A stretch of DNA of 64,000 bases from a virus (lineage: Duplodnaviria; Caudoviricetes). Shown in pieces: positions 37,110 through 47,441 of the stretch. The notes under the pieces were generated by a model that saw only the letters and a program-made list of their open reading frames with translations, had not been told where the DNA came from and made no database searches. The stretch lies in the IMG/VR virus record IMGVR_UViG_3300032030_002802, positions 96,001-160,000 of that record; one strand, written 5' to 3'. Position 1 is the stretch's first letter. Every line of letters begins with the position of its first letter. Both the position numbers and the translations under genes were made by a program.

Positions 37110-37583
37110 CTATCCCTGCGGGTTGAGCGCGACGAAGACGTAGTTCGTCGTCACGATGCCTATGCCGGTGTCGGTGACCTGCATGTTCTGGCCGACGAGG
37201 TAGCCGCGCAGCGCGGCGTTGCCGACGGTCAGCGTCGACAGCGTCTTGCTCCGCGACACCCTCCCGGCGCTATAGGCCCCGAGCGCCTTGGCGATCTCAG
37301 CGCCCACCGTGCCGTCGCACGTCCGTATGAACGACGTCACGCCGAGCGCGAACTGGCTCGACGACGGGTCGTGCCCGAACGTGTACAGGAACATCCCGCC
37401 GTTGAGGCACTGCGACACTGCGTAGTTCTCGCGCTGGTCGGCCGAGAACGACGTGACCAGCGACGCGCCGTTTACGATGCCGCCGCTGGCGCCGGCTATG
37501 GACACCTGGATGCCCTGCCCGTCGGCCGTGTCGACGCCGACCGACATGAACTGTCCGCGGTCGTTTACGCTGAGTACAAGCAT
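37110..37583 (-). CDS. tail tube-like / tube initiator protein
   Basis: Beta-rich, 157 aa, directly after tape measure. Confidence 0.5.
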   Translation of the reverse strand: MLVLSVNDRGQFMSVGVDTADGQGIQVSIAGASGGIVNGASLVTSFSADQRENYAVSQCLNGGMFLYTFGHDPSSSQFALGVTSFIRTCDGTVGAEIAKALGAYSAGRVSRSKTLSTLTVGNAALRGYLVGQNMQVTDTGIGIVTTNYVFVALNPQG

Positions 37584-40500
37584 CAGAGCCCTCCCACGTT
37601 TCCGTCGAGCACGGCCGGCGAACTGTCGTTGCCGCTCCGTATGGTGATCTCGCCGCGTATCTTCTGGACGCCTTCGGTCGACGCCGCCTTGAACGCCCGC
37701 AGCGTCGTGATGGCGCTGTCGTCGCCCTCCGAAGCCTGCTTCTTTATGACCTTGAGCGCGCCCTTCCTGAACTCCTCGTCGTTCATGCCTTTCGCTGACT
37801 CGCGGTTCAGGGCCTTCGCGGCGTCGTCCACGCTGACGTCGTTAAGGAGCGAAAAAGCGTCTTTCAGCTTGCCCTTGGCCTCCTCCACCCCGTACTCGCT
37901 CATGTCAAGACCGGACAGGAACGAGGACAGGTCGCTGTCGCCGAGCAGCTTGTCTGCGACGCTCTGGCTCTTGTCGGCGCGCTCCTTGACGGGGGTGAAC
38001 GAATCCACGAATCCGTCCTCGCGCACGGCCTTGCCGATGGTCTTCTCCACCGAGCGCTGCTTGTGCGCCACGCTGTGCAGCGCCTCCACGTACTTCATGA
38101 TCGCCTTGTGCGGCTCGCTGTCGCCCGTGATGCCGTTGTCGTTGAGCAGCGCCTTGATGTCCTCCACGTCCGAGCCGTGGACCACGCCCTGGTTGATCCG
38201 CTCGAACAGGTGCTCTAGCTTGTCCCGGCCGCCCTCCATCTGCGATACGGTCCTCAGCGCATTCCTGTAGTCTTCGCTCTTGGACAGCTCCACGGCCTTC
38301 TGCTTCGCCCCCTCGAGCAGGTCGAACTTCTTGGTGAACGCCGAAAACCTGCTCTCGAGGTCAGAGTTCCCGCCGTACAGCTTGAGCACCTGTCTCCAGT
38401 TCTTGTTGCCCAGGAACATGGACGCTATGTCCTGCGCCATAGTCGACGCGCGTCCGGCGTCCAGCTGGCCGGACTCCACTAGGCCTCTGGCGATGTCGTT
38501 GACCACTTCGTTCCTGCGCTTGCGGGCCGCGTCGGAGTTGCCCGCGTACGCCCCATCGCCCCAGTACCCCTTGAGCTGCAGCGAATACCCGTTCTCCTTG
38601 AGGTTCTCGACGTCGATGCGCTCCACGGCGGCCGACTGGCGGCCCATGGTGTCGAAGAACTCCGTGTCGCCCCGCTTGAGCGCGTCGATCACGTTCTTCT
38701 GCTCGTCCTTGCCGAAGATCGCTCCGAACTTGCTGTGCGAGAACTGCTCCAGGAAATCGGCGTACGCCTCGCCACCGCCGCCCGCCCGGAAGTAGTCGCG
38801 CGCGGCCGTCACGACGTCCCTGTACGCCTGGGCCGCCTGGCCGGCACCGTACTGCCTGTAGTTGGCCTTCGCTATTATCTGCTCGGCCGCCTGGTTGTCC
38901 TTCAGGTGCTGCTCGGACTTCTCGTAGTCGTCCATCAGCTTCCACCCCGACTTCTTGTACAGGAACCGCGTGTCGGCGTCCTTGATGGCGCTAACTTTGC
39001 CGTACACGGTCTGGTACGCCCTGCCGTACTCCTCGTTCTTCAGCATCTTGGCGACCTCAAGCCGCTCGTCGTTCGTCATAATGCCGGCGTCGACGAGGGT
39101 CTGCGACATCTTCGTGGCGTAGTACGCCTCCGAGCCGCCGTTGCCGGCGTCCTGCAGCCGGTACTCGTTGTTGGTCGCCGCCTGACGCGTCACGGCGTGG
39201 TCTATCACCTCGGTGTAGGCCGCCAGCGCCGGGTTGCGCGCGAACGCCTCCTTGGTCGCCGTGAACGCGGCGAGGGGCTTCTTGCCCTCCTTGATGTGGC
39301 GGTTGTACTGCGCCCTGAACTCGCGCCCGAGGTGCAGGGCGTCCCCGTCTATGTCCTTGAGGGACGCCTCCACCGAATCGACCAGCCGCCCGACGTCGGC
39401 GTCGGACTGCCACGTGCGCATCCCCGAATCGCCGAGGAGCTGCTTCGAGAACTCGAGACGCTGCTGGGACGCCGTGATCTCGGCCCGCCTGCCCATCTCG
39501 GCGTCAGCGCCGCGTATCATCGTGCGCCAGGCGAACCCGCCGGCCTCGTCGTTCATGGACTGGCGCATGGCGTTCATCTGCATCTGGTCGTTGACGAACC
39601 TGCGGCCGGCCTCGGCCGAGCCGAACACGGTCGTGAAGAGCCTGTTGAGCGTGGCGCCCATTATGCCGCGGTCGCCGCTCGCGAGGGCCCCCTGCAGCTG
39701 CTGCGCCTCGCTGTCGGACACGATGCCCTGCTGGCGGGCGTACGCCAGCACCTGCGCCCCGCGCCCGGCCATCGAGTTCATGTTACGCGACAGCGCCTGG
39801 CGGGACTGGTTGCGCAGCCTGTTCGCGAGCATCGGGTCGCCGCGCACGCCACGCGCAGTGATCATGTCCTCCACGTCGGCCAGCAGCCCGACCTGCGCGT
39901 CCAGGCCGAACATGCCTCCCCCGTCGAAGCCGAGCGCGAGCATCGACTGGTCGAACCCGGCCGCGTTCTGCAGCACGCCGCGGTTGGCGGCGAGGTTGCC
40001 CAGGGCCTCCGTGGACGACAGGTTGTTCGCCGCCGCGACCGACTGGAGCTTCCGCAGCGAGTCGCGCGCCGCGTAGGCCGCCTTCCCGCTCCGCAGCCAG
40101 TCGCCGTTCGTGAGCGCGTCCAGCTTGTCCTCGATGCCGTCCACCTCGTGCGTGAGGTCGCGCATCGCGGCCATCGCCTCGGTGACGCCCTTCATCCGGT
40201 GGCCGACCTCGCGGCCGATGTCCTGCATCTTCCTCGCGCCTTCCTTCGACAGGACGGAGTTCTTCCCGTTCGTGAAGTCGCCAAGGGCGAAGTCGAGGGC
40301 GGTAAGGTCGAGGCCGCCGGCCGCGTCGACCATGCGCTTGGCGAGCCCTCCGGACGTGAGCCCCTCCACGTCGGCGTATGACGTGAACATGCCGCGCCCG
40401 GCGGCCTTCATCATCACGCCGGCCACCCGCTCCCGGTCGAAGCCCTGCGTCATGGCGAGGTTCGGCAGCAGCGTCATCTGCCCGTCCCTGGACTGGCTCA

Positions 40501-41050
40501 TCAGCCCGTTCAGCAGCGACGAGAACGCCGACGCCGCGCCCATCGCCTGGTGCTGCTGGCCCACATTGGTGGGGTTCAGCAGGACGCCCGGCGACAGGAG
40601 GTTCATGCGCTGGCCGTACACGTTGTTCGCGGCGGCGATTATGCTGCCGCCGGTCAGGCCCATCCCCGCCATCCCGCTGTCCAGCAGCGGCATGAGCATC
40701 GACCCGAAGAACCCGTTTGCCGCGCTGGCGCCTCCGCCCGAGAGCATCCTCCGCATCTCGGACGGGGATACGCCGGCCATGCTGCCGAGCTGCTGGACTA
40801 TCTCCATGCCGCCAAGCGTGTTCCCTATCTGGCGGCCCAGCTGGCTGTACGTGTTCGCCGTCATCGTGCGGTACAACGCGCCGTTGACGTGCTTCGCCAT
40901 CATCGCCTCGTACACGCTCTGGTTCGGCGCCACGTACGGGGCCGTCATGTCGCCGGTGACCGACGCCACGACGTCGCCGATGGTGTGCCGCAGGCCGTCC
41001 AGCCCGGGCGCTGTCCCGGGCACGGTGCTGTACATGGAGTTACCGGCCAT
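37583..41050 (-). CDS. tape measure protein
   Basis: 1155 aa, Ala/Gly/Met-rich and helical; directly downstream of the frameshifted chaperone pair. Confidence 0.8.
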   Translation of the reverse strand: MAGNSMYSTVPGTAPGLDGLRHTIGDVVASVTGDMTAPYVAPNQSVYEAMMAKHVNGALYRTMTANTYSQLGRQIGNTLGGMEIVQQLGSMAGVSPSEMRRMLSGGGASAANGFFGSMLMPLLDSGMAGMGLTGGSIIAAANNVYGQRMNLLSPGVLLNPTNVGQQHQAMGAASAFSSLLNGLMSQSRDGQMTLLPNLAMTQGFDRERVAGVMMKAAGRGMFTSYADVEGLTSGGLAKRMVDAAGGLDLTALDFALGDFTNGKNSVLSKEGARKMQDIGREVGHRMKGVTEAMAAMRDLTHEVDGIEDKLDALTNGDWLRSGKAAYAARDSLRKLQSVAAANNLSSTEALGNLAANRGVLQNAAGFDQSMLALGFDGGGMFGLDAQVGLLADVEDMITARGVRGDPMLANRLRNQSRQALSRNMNSMAGRGAQVLAYARQQGIVSDSEAQQLQGALASGDRGIMGATLNRLFTTVFGSAEAGRRFVNDQMQMNAMRQSMNDEAGGFAWRTMIRGADAEMGRRAEITASQQRLEFSKQLLGDSGMRTWQSDADVGRLVDSVEASLKDIDGDALHLGREFRAQYNRHIKEGKKPLAAFTATKEAFARNPALAAYTEVIDHAVTRQAATNNEYRLQDAGNGGSEAYYATKMSQTLVDAGIMTNDERLEVAKMLKNEEYGRAYQTVYGKVSAIKDADTRFLYKKSGWKLMDDYEKSEQHLKDNQAAEQIIAKANYRQYGAGQAAQAYRDVVTAARDYFRAGGGGEAYADFLEQFSHSKFGAIFGKDEQKNVIDALKRGDTEFFDTMGRQSAAVERIDVENLKENGYSLQLKGYWGDGAYAGNSDAARKRRNEVVNDIARGLVESGQLDAGRASTMAQDIASMFLGNKNWRQVLKLYGGNSDLESRFSAFTKKFDLLEGAKQKAVELSKSEDYRNALRTVSQMEGGRDKLEHLFERINQGVVHGSDVEDIKALLNDNGITGDSEPHKAIMKYVEALHSVAHKQRSVEKTIGKAVREDGFVDSFTPVKERADKSQSVADKLLGDSDLSSFLSGLDMSEYGVEEAKGKLKDAFSLLNDVSVDDAAKALNRESAKGMNDEEFRKGALKVIKKQASEGDDSAITTLRAFKAASTEGVQKIRGEITIRSGNDSSPAVLDGNVGGL

Positions 41051-41432
41051 CGCCAGCCTCCTTTGCGTCGCCCTTGCCGCCAGCGGCCTCCTTGTTCACC
41101 CTGCGCCACTCCTCCACGAGCTCCTCGGTCGAGCCATGCGACGCCTTGCGCGTCACGGCGCGGAAATACGGTAGCACCTCGAGGGCGTCGACGTACATCT
41201 CGTGTACCTGGTCGTTCCCGCTGTCGAGCTTCGCGCTTGGGTTGCCGTACAGCGAAGCCAGCATCACGGCGTGCATGAGCCTGGCGTCGAACATCTTCTC
41301 AGACTCGACGACGCCGTACCACAGCGACTCCGAGATGCCGGAGTGCAGGTACGCGCGGCTCAGGGCGCCCGTGTCACGGCCCCGCAGGCGTGTGGCGATC
41401 CCTAGATAGACGCTGCGGGATTCCAAAAATTT
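41040..41432 (-). CDS. tail assembly chaperone, -1 frameshift extension (GT-type C-terminal part)
   Basis: The -1 frame opens at the slippery site and reads FLESRSVYLGIATRLRG... to the stop at 41040. Confidence 0.75.
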   Translation of the reverse strand, partial: KFLESRSVYLGIATRLRGRDTGALSRAYLHSGISESLWYGVVESEKMFDARLMHAVMLASLYGNPSAKLDSGNDQVHEMYVDALEVLPYFRAVTRKASHGSTEELVEEWRRVNKEAAGGKGDAKEAGDGR

Positions 41433-42136
41433 TGATTTGACGCGTCCATTATCATGGCCCAGTACCTCCTCTCGAACAGGTTGAGCTCGGCATGCAGCGC
41501 CGTCACAAGCGCCTCCGGGCGTTCGCCCCAGGCGTTCGCCGCCTTGACCCACGCCGGAGCCTCCACCTCCCCGCCGTCGGCGGAGCGCATCGGGCCGTAC
41601 GGGGCGGCAAACTCCGGGAAGTCCTCGGAGATGATGCCGCGCAGGCTCTTTACCTGGGCCGCCAGGAGCGCGTTGCGCATCATCGTGAGGTACTCGACGC
41701 GCACCTCGACCTGCTTGGAGTTGATGCAGTGCGTGAGCCACGCGATGATCCCGTCGCTCTCGGCTATCTTCCTGCAGCGGAACACGCCTTTCAGCTTCCC
41801 GCCGAACAGCGAGAACGGACGTTCGTACCGGCCGCCGGTCACGAGCGCCTGGAGAAACGCCTCGCGGTCCTCCTCGCTTATGTCGATCTTGTCCTCGATG
41901 AAACTCGTGGCCAGGCCGCGGTGCATGTCCGACGCCCCGCCGGCGTCGGAGAACACGTCCTTCTTGGCCTCCTCAGGGACGGGCGCCTCGACCGTCCCCT
42001 TCGTCGGCTCGGCAGGCCCCTGTGACCCGCCGTTGCCGGAACCGGCGTTTGCCAGGTCTGCGCCGGTCACCTTGACTGCGCCGACCTTGCCGGCGGCGAA
42101 ATCCCGCATTTTCTCCTTCAGGCTCTCTGCTGACAT
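41402..42136 (-). CDS. tail assembly chaperone (G-type)
   Basis: Start MSAESLKEK with AAGGAG; slippery site at the 3' end; upstream of tape measure. Confidence 0.75.
   Translation of the reverse strand: MSAESLKEKMRDFAAGKVGAVKVTGADLANAGSGNGGSQGPAEPTKGTVEAPVPEEAKKDVFSDAGGASDMHRGLATSFIEDKIDISEEDREAFLQALVTGGRYERPFSLFGGKLKGVFRCRKIAESDGIIAWLTHCINSKQVEVRVEYLTMMRNALLAAQVKSLRGIISEDFPEFAAPYGPMRSADGGEVEAPAWVKAANAWGERPEALVTALHAELNLFERRYWAMIMDASNQNFWNPAASI
41426..41432 (-). other. -1 ribosomal frameshift heptamer A AAT TTT
   Basis: In-frame X XXY YYZ (CAA AAT TTT TGG) shortly before the chaperone stop. Confidence 0.8.
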
Positions 42137-42147
42137 AATCTGTCTCC

Positions 42148-44634
42148 TTAAGTTCGCTTGCGTATATGATACGACGAAAACGCCTCCGCTGTCAACCCCG
42201 TTTCGCCGGATTTCACGCTCTCCAGCCCCTGCCTGGTCACGTTTCTCTCGCGATACGTGAAGTAGCTCTTCTGCTCCATGGCCTCCTTGCCCGGCCACGG
42301 GAACTCGCCGTCCGCGTCCTCCCCCTCGTCCCACTCCTGCAGCCGGCACTTGTCAAGCAGCGGGCGCCTGGCCGCCGCAAGCATCGCCCACGACGGCTGG
42401 TACACGCTGAACACGCCGCCGGCCAGCCCTGCGCTGCCGTCCGTGCCGTACTGCTTCGTCGTGCGGAACTTGAAATCCACCCGCGATACGACGCTCGCCG
42501 GAAGACGGAGCCAGGACAAATCGTCGACATAGCGCTGGGTCTGGTCCTTGCACATGGCGACCATGGACGAGTACATGCTCTCCACGTCGACCGGAATGCC
42601 GAGCATCATGTGGTTCCCGGCCACGTCGGAGGCGCTCTGGCCTCCGACCGTCAGCACTGACGGGGCGACCAGGGTAGCGCTCTGGCCGTCGATGACGATG
42701 CCGCTCGTGCCCTGGGCGGTCGCGACGACATTGTCCGTGGCCACGGCCGAAACCTGCCGCCCGACGAACACCACGCTTCCGCTCGGCTTGTCCTCCTTGA
42801 GAGACGCTACGCTCACGCCTTCCGAGCCCTGGATCTCGGCCCGGCGCCCGGCCACCGCGACCGTCGACGAGTCGGCCTTGATGACGACGCCGCCGCTCTC
42901 CAGGTCCTCGCCGGACTTGTCCCACGCGGACGGGTCCGCGTCTTTCCTGGACTTGCTCTGTATGAGCACGCCGCGCTTCATCGACACGACCTGCAGGTTG
43001 TTCTCCGCCTTCACGCGGACGTCCTTCTTCGTCGCGCTGAGGTCCATGCTGTTGTACGCCTTCACCACCACGTCGTCGCCGCCCATGACCACGACGGTGG
43101 ACCCCGAACGCACCTCGATGTTGGCCGCCGCGTTGAACGTGATGCGGCCGTCGGCCATGATGATCTCCGAACCCCATGCGTCGCGCAGCACTATGCCGCC
43201 GTTCGGGGTCAGCCCGATGTACGAATGGCGGAGGTCGTATTCCTTGTACCGCTCGCTGGCGTTGCCGAGCCTGTCGTAGTCGTCCTCGGGCGTCTTCAGG
43301 TCCTCCTGCCCCGGGACCGCGAAATCCCTGTCAAACTGGATGAACCGCGCGTACGCCTGGCTGTTCCACCAAGCCGCCGCGTCCCCTAGCGTAAGGCCGA
43401 TGCCCATCGGCGGGTCGTCCTTGACCTTGAACGGCCTCTTCGGCTTCGGGGAGCCCGCGTCAGTGTTGCCGGCCGGATCCCATGCGTAGTGCCTGCGCTT
43501 CGGGACGGGTATCCGGTCGTACCGCTCGAAGAGTATGCCGGCCGCGCTCCGCACCGTGAGACGGCCTGAGCTGTCGACGTGGTAGTGCAGCAGCCCGCGA
43601 TCTACGCCGGGCGACGCCATCTCCTCGATCGCCTTGGATGGGTCCGGACTGGCCACGAACACGTTCACGATGTCGCCGAGATACCCGGTGTACCGGTAGA
43701 GGCGCTTCTTGGCCGTCTGCGACGGACGGGCCTGCTCGATCCCGGAACGCCGCTCCTGCGCCGAGAGCGGCTGGACCGGCGACCACTTGAACGCCGCGTC
43801 GCCAGTCTTCCGCACCCCGAGCCGCTCGGGGTGGTACATCGACACGAAGCTCTCGACCGTCAAGTACCCGCAGTCGTTGAATATCTCGTCGCCGCCCGCT
43901 GCGCTGATGTGCCGGAAATGGCCGGACGTGACGCGCACCTGGTTGTCAAGCGCGCTGCACCTGATGCTGGCCATCTCTGACCCCTTGACTGTAGTCGACA
44001 CCGCCCCGATCACAAGCCCAGCGCCGGCGTGGTTCAGCAGCGCGTACTCGCCGGGGACGATGTCGTGCGGACGACCGCCCTGAAACTCGCCGCGGTAGGG
44101 GTATTCGGAGTCGGACGCGATCGCCGACGGCCCGGCTTCCGTGAACTGGGCGACGCCGCCCTCCGGAAACTCGGTGTCCGCCACCTTCGACACGGGGCCG
44201 TCCCCGGAGGCGTATCCGTGCGGCGTCGCGTCGGGTATCACACCGAGGATGACGCCGCGCATCGGGCGTCCCTGGGTCAGCCCGGCCGGCTCCACGCAGA
44301 CCAGCACCGACGAGCCGGGCGCCGGCATGCAGGCCTGCGACACTCCGTAGGTGTCGCTGAGCACGGGCGCCAGCGTAGAGCAGACGACGGTGCACCTGCC
44401 GCCGTCGACGCTCACCTCGCAGTCGTACGAGCCTATGCCGGAACGAACGACAGAACCCCGCACGATCTGCGGGATTCTGTCTAGGCCGGCCAGTCGGTCG
44501 CAGGTCGGATCAGCCGCCGTCGACGGCGCTCCGCCGAATCCGCGGAACTTGGCTGCCACCTTCCTGACCAGCCCGACTACCTGCCGGATCGCGCCGAACG
44601 GTGCTTCCGACGTCGGGTGGAACAGGGAACCCAT
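42148..44634 (-). CDS. baseplate central spike (gp5/VgrG-like)
   Basis: OB-fold-like MPAPGSSVLV...GVILGVIP; beta-helix repeats GSEIIMADGRITFNAAANIEVRSG...VRVKAENNLQV. Confidence 0.7.
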   Translation of the reverse strand: MGSLFHPTSEAPFGAIRQVVGLVRKVAAKFRGFGGAPSTAADPTCDRLAGLDRIPQIVRGSVVRSGIGSYDCEVSVDGGRCTVVCSTLAPVLSDTYGVSQACMPAPGSSVLVCVEPAGLTQGRPMRGVILGVIPDATPHGYASGDGPVSKVADTEFPEGGVAQFTEAGPSAIASDSEYPYRGEFQGGRPHDIVPGEYALLNHAGAGLVIGAVSTTVKGSEMASIRCSALDNQVRVTSGHFRHISAAGGDEIFNDCGYLTVESFVSMYHPERLGVRKTGDAAFKWSPVQPLSAQERRSGIEQARPSQTAKKRLYRYTGYLGDIVNVFVASPDPSKAIEEMASPGVDRGLLHYHVDSSGRLTVRSAAGILFERYDRIPVPKRRHYAWDPAGNTDAGSPKPKRPFKVKDDPPMGIGLTLGDAAAWWNSQAYARFIQFDRDFAVPGQEDLKTPEDDYDRLGNASERYKEYDLRHSYIGLTPNGGIVLRDAWGSEIIMADGRITFNAAANIEVRSGSTVVVMGGDDVVVKAYNSMDLSATKKDVRVKAENNLQVVSMKRGVLIQSKSRKDADPSAWDKSGEDLESGGVVIKADSSTVAVAGRRAEIQGSEGVSVASLKEDKPSGSVVFVGRQVSAVATDNVVATAQGTSGIVIDGQSATLVAPSVLTVGGQSASDVAGNHMMLGIPVDVESMYSSMVAMCKDQTQRYVDDLSWLRLPASVVSRVDFKFRTTKQYGTDGSAGLAGGVFSVYQPSWAMLAAARRPLLDKCRLQEWDEGEDADGEFPWPGKEAMEQKSYFTYRERNVTRQGLESVKSGETGLTAEAFSSYHIRKRT
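42166..42195 (-). promoter_or_regulatory. sigma70 promoter TTGACA-18-TATCAT inside the 3' end of the spike gene
   Basis: -35 at 42195..42190 (perfect consensus), -10 at 42171..42166. Confidence 0.7.
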
Positions 44635-44635
44635 G

Positions 44636-45064
44636 TTAGCCAGCCGACATCGACGAGAACTGGAACGTCAGCGACTCCGACACGGTCGGGTTTCCGGCCT
44701 GCGAGCTGAACCCGATGCTCGTGCATACGGCGCCGATGCAGGACAGGCTGACCTCTCCGCCGGAGCACGCCCCGGACGCGTTCGAGATCACGACGGTCGT
44801 GCCGGTGTCGCAGATGCCGCTGGTCATCGTGAGGAAGCTCGTCCCGACGATGCGGCCGATCGTGCCGTTGCCGACGGGGTTGCTCTTCGCCCAGAACAGG
44901 CGGCTGGAGCCTACCTCGTAGATGGGCTGGATGTTCTGCTGGTACTGGATCTGCCAGTTCTGGATGAGGTCGACACCGTCCACGCCCACGATCGTGAGCC
45001 GGCTCCTGTCGGCGACGAACACGTCCGACGCGCCGCCGCGGTTGTATCCGAATATGTCTGCCAT
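44636..45064 (-). CDS. tail tube protein
   Basis: 142 aa, directly after sheath; QNWQIQYQQNIQPIYEVGS...VSESLTFQF. Confidence 0.8.
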   Translation of the reverse strand: MADIFGYNRGGASDVFVADRSRLTIVGVDGVDLIQNWQIQYQQNIQPIYEVGSSRLFWAKSNPVGNGTIGRIVGTSFLTMTSGICDTGTTVVISNASGACSGGEVSLSCIGAVCTSIGFSSQAGNPTVSESLTFQFSSMSAG

Positions 45065-45078
45065 AGTTTTACTCCCGG

Positions 45079-47355
45079 TTAGATGACCTGCAGGTGGAGG
45101 TCAAAGTTGTTGAACGGTTCGGGCAGGTTGAGCGCCACGTCCGCGTACGCCTTGTCCTGCTCGTTCGGATCGCGGTACAGCGAGCGGATCTCCGTGCCGT
45201 CCGCGATGACCTGCGGCCCGATGAGGCGGTCGGCCTCGGACGTCTTCTCGAGAAACGCAAGGCCGTCCTCGAGGATGCCGCGGATCTCCGTCAGGAGGTC
45301 GTCGGTGATGTTGTAGCGCCCGATGTACGGGGCGAAGCGTCCGGCGAAGTAGTAGCTGATGCTGTCGAGGTTCTTCACCAGGCTCAGCTCCGTCGAGTTG
45401 ACGTCACCCTGGGCGTACGCCGTGGAGATCTGGTGGCGGACGTAGACGGTCCCGCCGGGCTTGTCCTGCATGAGGATGAGCGTGCCGCCGGCCGCGATCG
45501 CGTTGAGCTCCTCGCGGCTGAACTGGCTGTACACGTCCGGGAGGTCGGAGAAGCCCTTGACCTCCACGTTCGTGATCGGCTGCTGCGGAAGCACCGAGCA
45601 GGAGAGCGCGCAGACCGCGGCCGCCGCGTACATGCCGGAGACGTAGTTCCCGTCGCTCGCGCGCAGCGTGTTCGGGAACACGTTGTACGCGCGGCGGTCC
45701 TTGTACGACCGCGACGTGTTGGCGATGGCCTCGACGTACTCGCGCTGGGTGCGCGTGTGCAGGATGGTGAACCGGCAGGGGCTGGTGGCGCCCGCCACGG
45801 TGTCTTTGAGCGTCAGCTGCGTGTCGGCGTCGACCGTGTCGACGGTGGTGGCGACGACGGCCCCGGTAGACGTGGTGACGAACACGGCGTCGCCGGGACG
45901 GACGGTGTCAGTGAATCCGGCGACAGTGCTGGTCTTCGTGGAGTCGCTGGCCGAGTAGCACGTCAGCGTCTTGCCGCTGACCTTGCAGACCTCGGGGACT
46001 CCGTACGTGTTCGGGGTGATGTCGACCTCCCTGAGCGTCGGCTCGCTGAAGATCGCGATGCGCCAGCTCTTCTCCTCCGGAACAGAGAGGCGCTTGCAGT
46101 CCTCGACGATGGCGTCGATTATGGCATGGTCCTCAGTGAGCGGGCAGAAGGCGTAGACGTCGGTGGTGATGGACGCGCGCTCGAGCGCCTTGGCGTATCC
46201 TGCGTAGTCGTCGCTCACGACGCCTATGTAGCGGATGCGCTTGCGGGCCGAGTTGAGCAGCATGACGTGCGCCGCGTAGGCGAGCGGGTTGTCCTTGTCG
46301 ACCGCGCCGAGCTCGCTGACTATCTCGCGCTCCGAGCCGAGCTCGTACACGGCATCGGTGTGGTCCGTGCGGAAGTTGCGCTGGTTGAGGTACGCCTCTC
46401 CGCTGGAGATTGAGCACTGGACGCCGAGCACGACCTCGGCCTTGGCGTCGTCCGCGACTGTAACGCCAGTGTCGCCGACTGTGAGGGACGTGCCGAGCAC
46501 GTCGATGGCGTCGAAATGGCGGACGAAGTAACACTGCTTGTTGGCCGGGACGAAATCGGCGGTCACGACCGTGTCGCGCGAGTACGACTCCGTGAGCTTG
46601 AGGGCGAGCACGTACGTGCCGTTGGCCGGGACCGAGGCCACCGTAGCGGTGACGCCGGCGCCTATGTCGAGAGACGTGTTCACGGCAAGGCTCTGCGGAG
46701 TGCCGTGGCTCATTTCAGGCACGTCTGAGGAGGACCATGTGGCCTTGCCGTCCGCAACCGTAATGGTCACGCGGGCGTCCTTCTCGCCGGTGTAGCCGGT
46801 GGGGGTCACGGTAAGCCAGGTGACGAGGGCGCCGCTCTTGTTCCTGACCTCGGGGGTGACCTCGCCGGACTTGGCCGTGCCGATGCTGATCTCGCGGATC
46901 CTCGCGTACTTCTTCTTGCCGCCATCGCCGTCATAGGCGACATAGTCGCCGACCTGGATGGAGACGGACCCGAACAGCTCTTCCGGATCGTCGCTGACCA
47001 GAGACTTGCTGTCGCCGAGCGAGAACTCGAGCTTCGTGCTCTTAGTCTTGTCGGAGCCCACGAGCGTCGGCGTCGAGCGGCTAGAGATGCTGACGTACGC
47101 GTCCACCATCGTGACGCCGCCCCACGTCCTGTCGGGCTCGGAACCGGCGTAGCCGCCGGCCCACAACAGCGTCGTCGCCGCGCCGGCCTCGTACGTGCCA
47201 TGGCGGCAAAGGTCGCGCTCGTCCTTGTTGGCGTAGCGGATGAGCTGGTAGTTGGGGCCGATGAGGAATGCGTTCAGGTTCTGCGTGACCGCGCTCGGCG
47301 CCCGCAGGAACTCCTGAAAGACCCTGACCTGAGGAAGGGTATAGCTGTCTGCCAT
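45079..47355 (-). CDS. tail sheath protein
   Basis: N-terminal YTLPQVRVFQEF; C-terminal FSREELNAIAAGG...VRHQIST...ELSLVKNLD...LPEPFNNFDLHLQV. Confidence 0.88.
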   Translation of the reverse strand: MADSYTLPQVRVFQEFLRAPSAVTQNLNAFLIGPNYQLIRYANKDERDLCRHGTYEAGAATTLLWAGGYAGSEPDRTWGGVTMVDAYVSISSRSTPTLVGSDKTKSTKLEFSLGDSKSLVSDDPEELFGSVSIQVGDYVAYDGDGGKKKYARIREISIGTAKSGEVTPEVRNKSGALVTWLTVTPTGYTGEKDARVTITVADGKATWSSSDVPEMSHGTPQSLAVNTSLDIGAGVTATVASVPANGTYVLALKLTESYSRDTVVTADFVPANKQCYFVRHFDAIDVLGTSLTVGDTGVTVADDAKAEVVLGVQCSISSGEAYLNQRNFRTDHTDAVYELGSEREIVSELGAVDKDNPLAYAAHVMLLNSARKRIRYIGVVSDDYAGYAKALERASITTDVYAFCPLTEDHAIIDAIVEDCKRLSVPEEKSWRIAIFSEPTLREVDITPNTYGVPEVCKVSGKTLTCYSASDSTKTSTVAGFTDTVRPGDAVFVTTSTGAVVATTVDTVDADTQLTLKDTVAGATSPCRFTILHTRTQREYVEAIANTSRSYKDRRAYNVFPNTLRASDGNYVSGMYAAAAVCALSCSVLPQQPITNVEVKGFSDLPDVYSQFSREELNAIAAGGTLILMQDKPGGTVYVRHQISTAYAQGDVNSTELSLVKNLDSISYYFAGRFAPYIGRYNITDDLLTEIRGILEDGLAFLEKTSEADRLIGPQVIADGTEIRSLYRDPNEQDKAYADVALNLPEPFNNFDLHLQVI

Positions 47356-47392
47356 AGTTGCTCCTTTTCTTGCTGGTTACTTCACATGCGAT

Positions 47393-47421
47393 ATGATACC
47401 ACAAACGCCGAACTGCGGCAA
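47393..47421 (-). promoter_or_regulatory. sigma70 promoter TTGCCG-17-(TG)GTATCAT upstream of sheath
   Basis: -35 at 47421..47416, extended -10 at 47401..47393, in an AT-rich gap. Confidence 0.7.
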
Positions 47422-47441
47422 TAGGTACCATCTGTTTTTGT

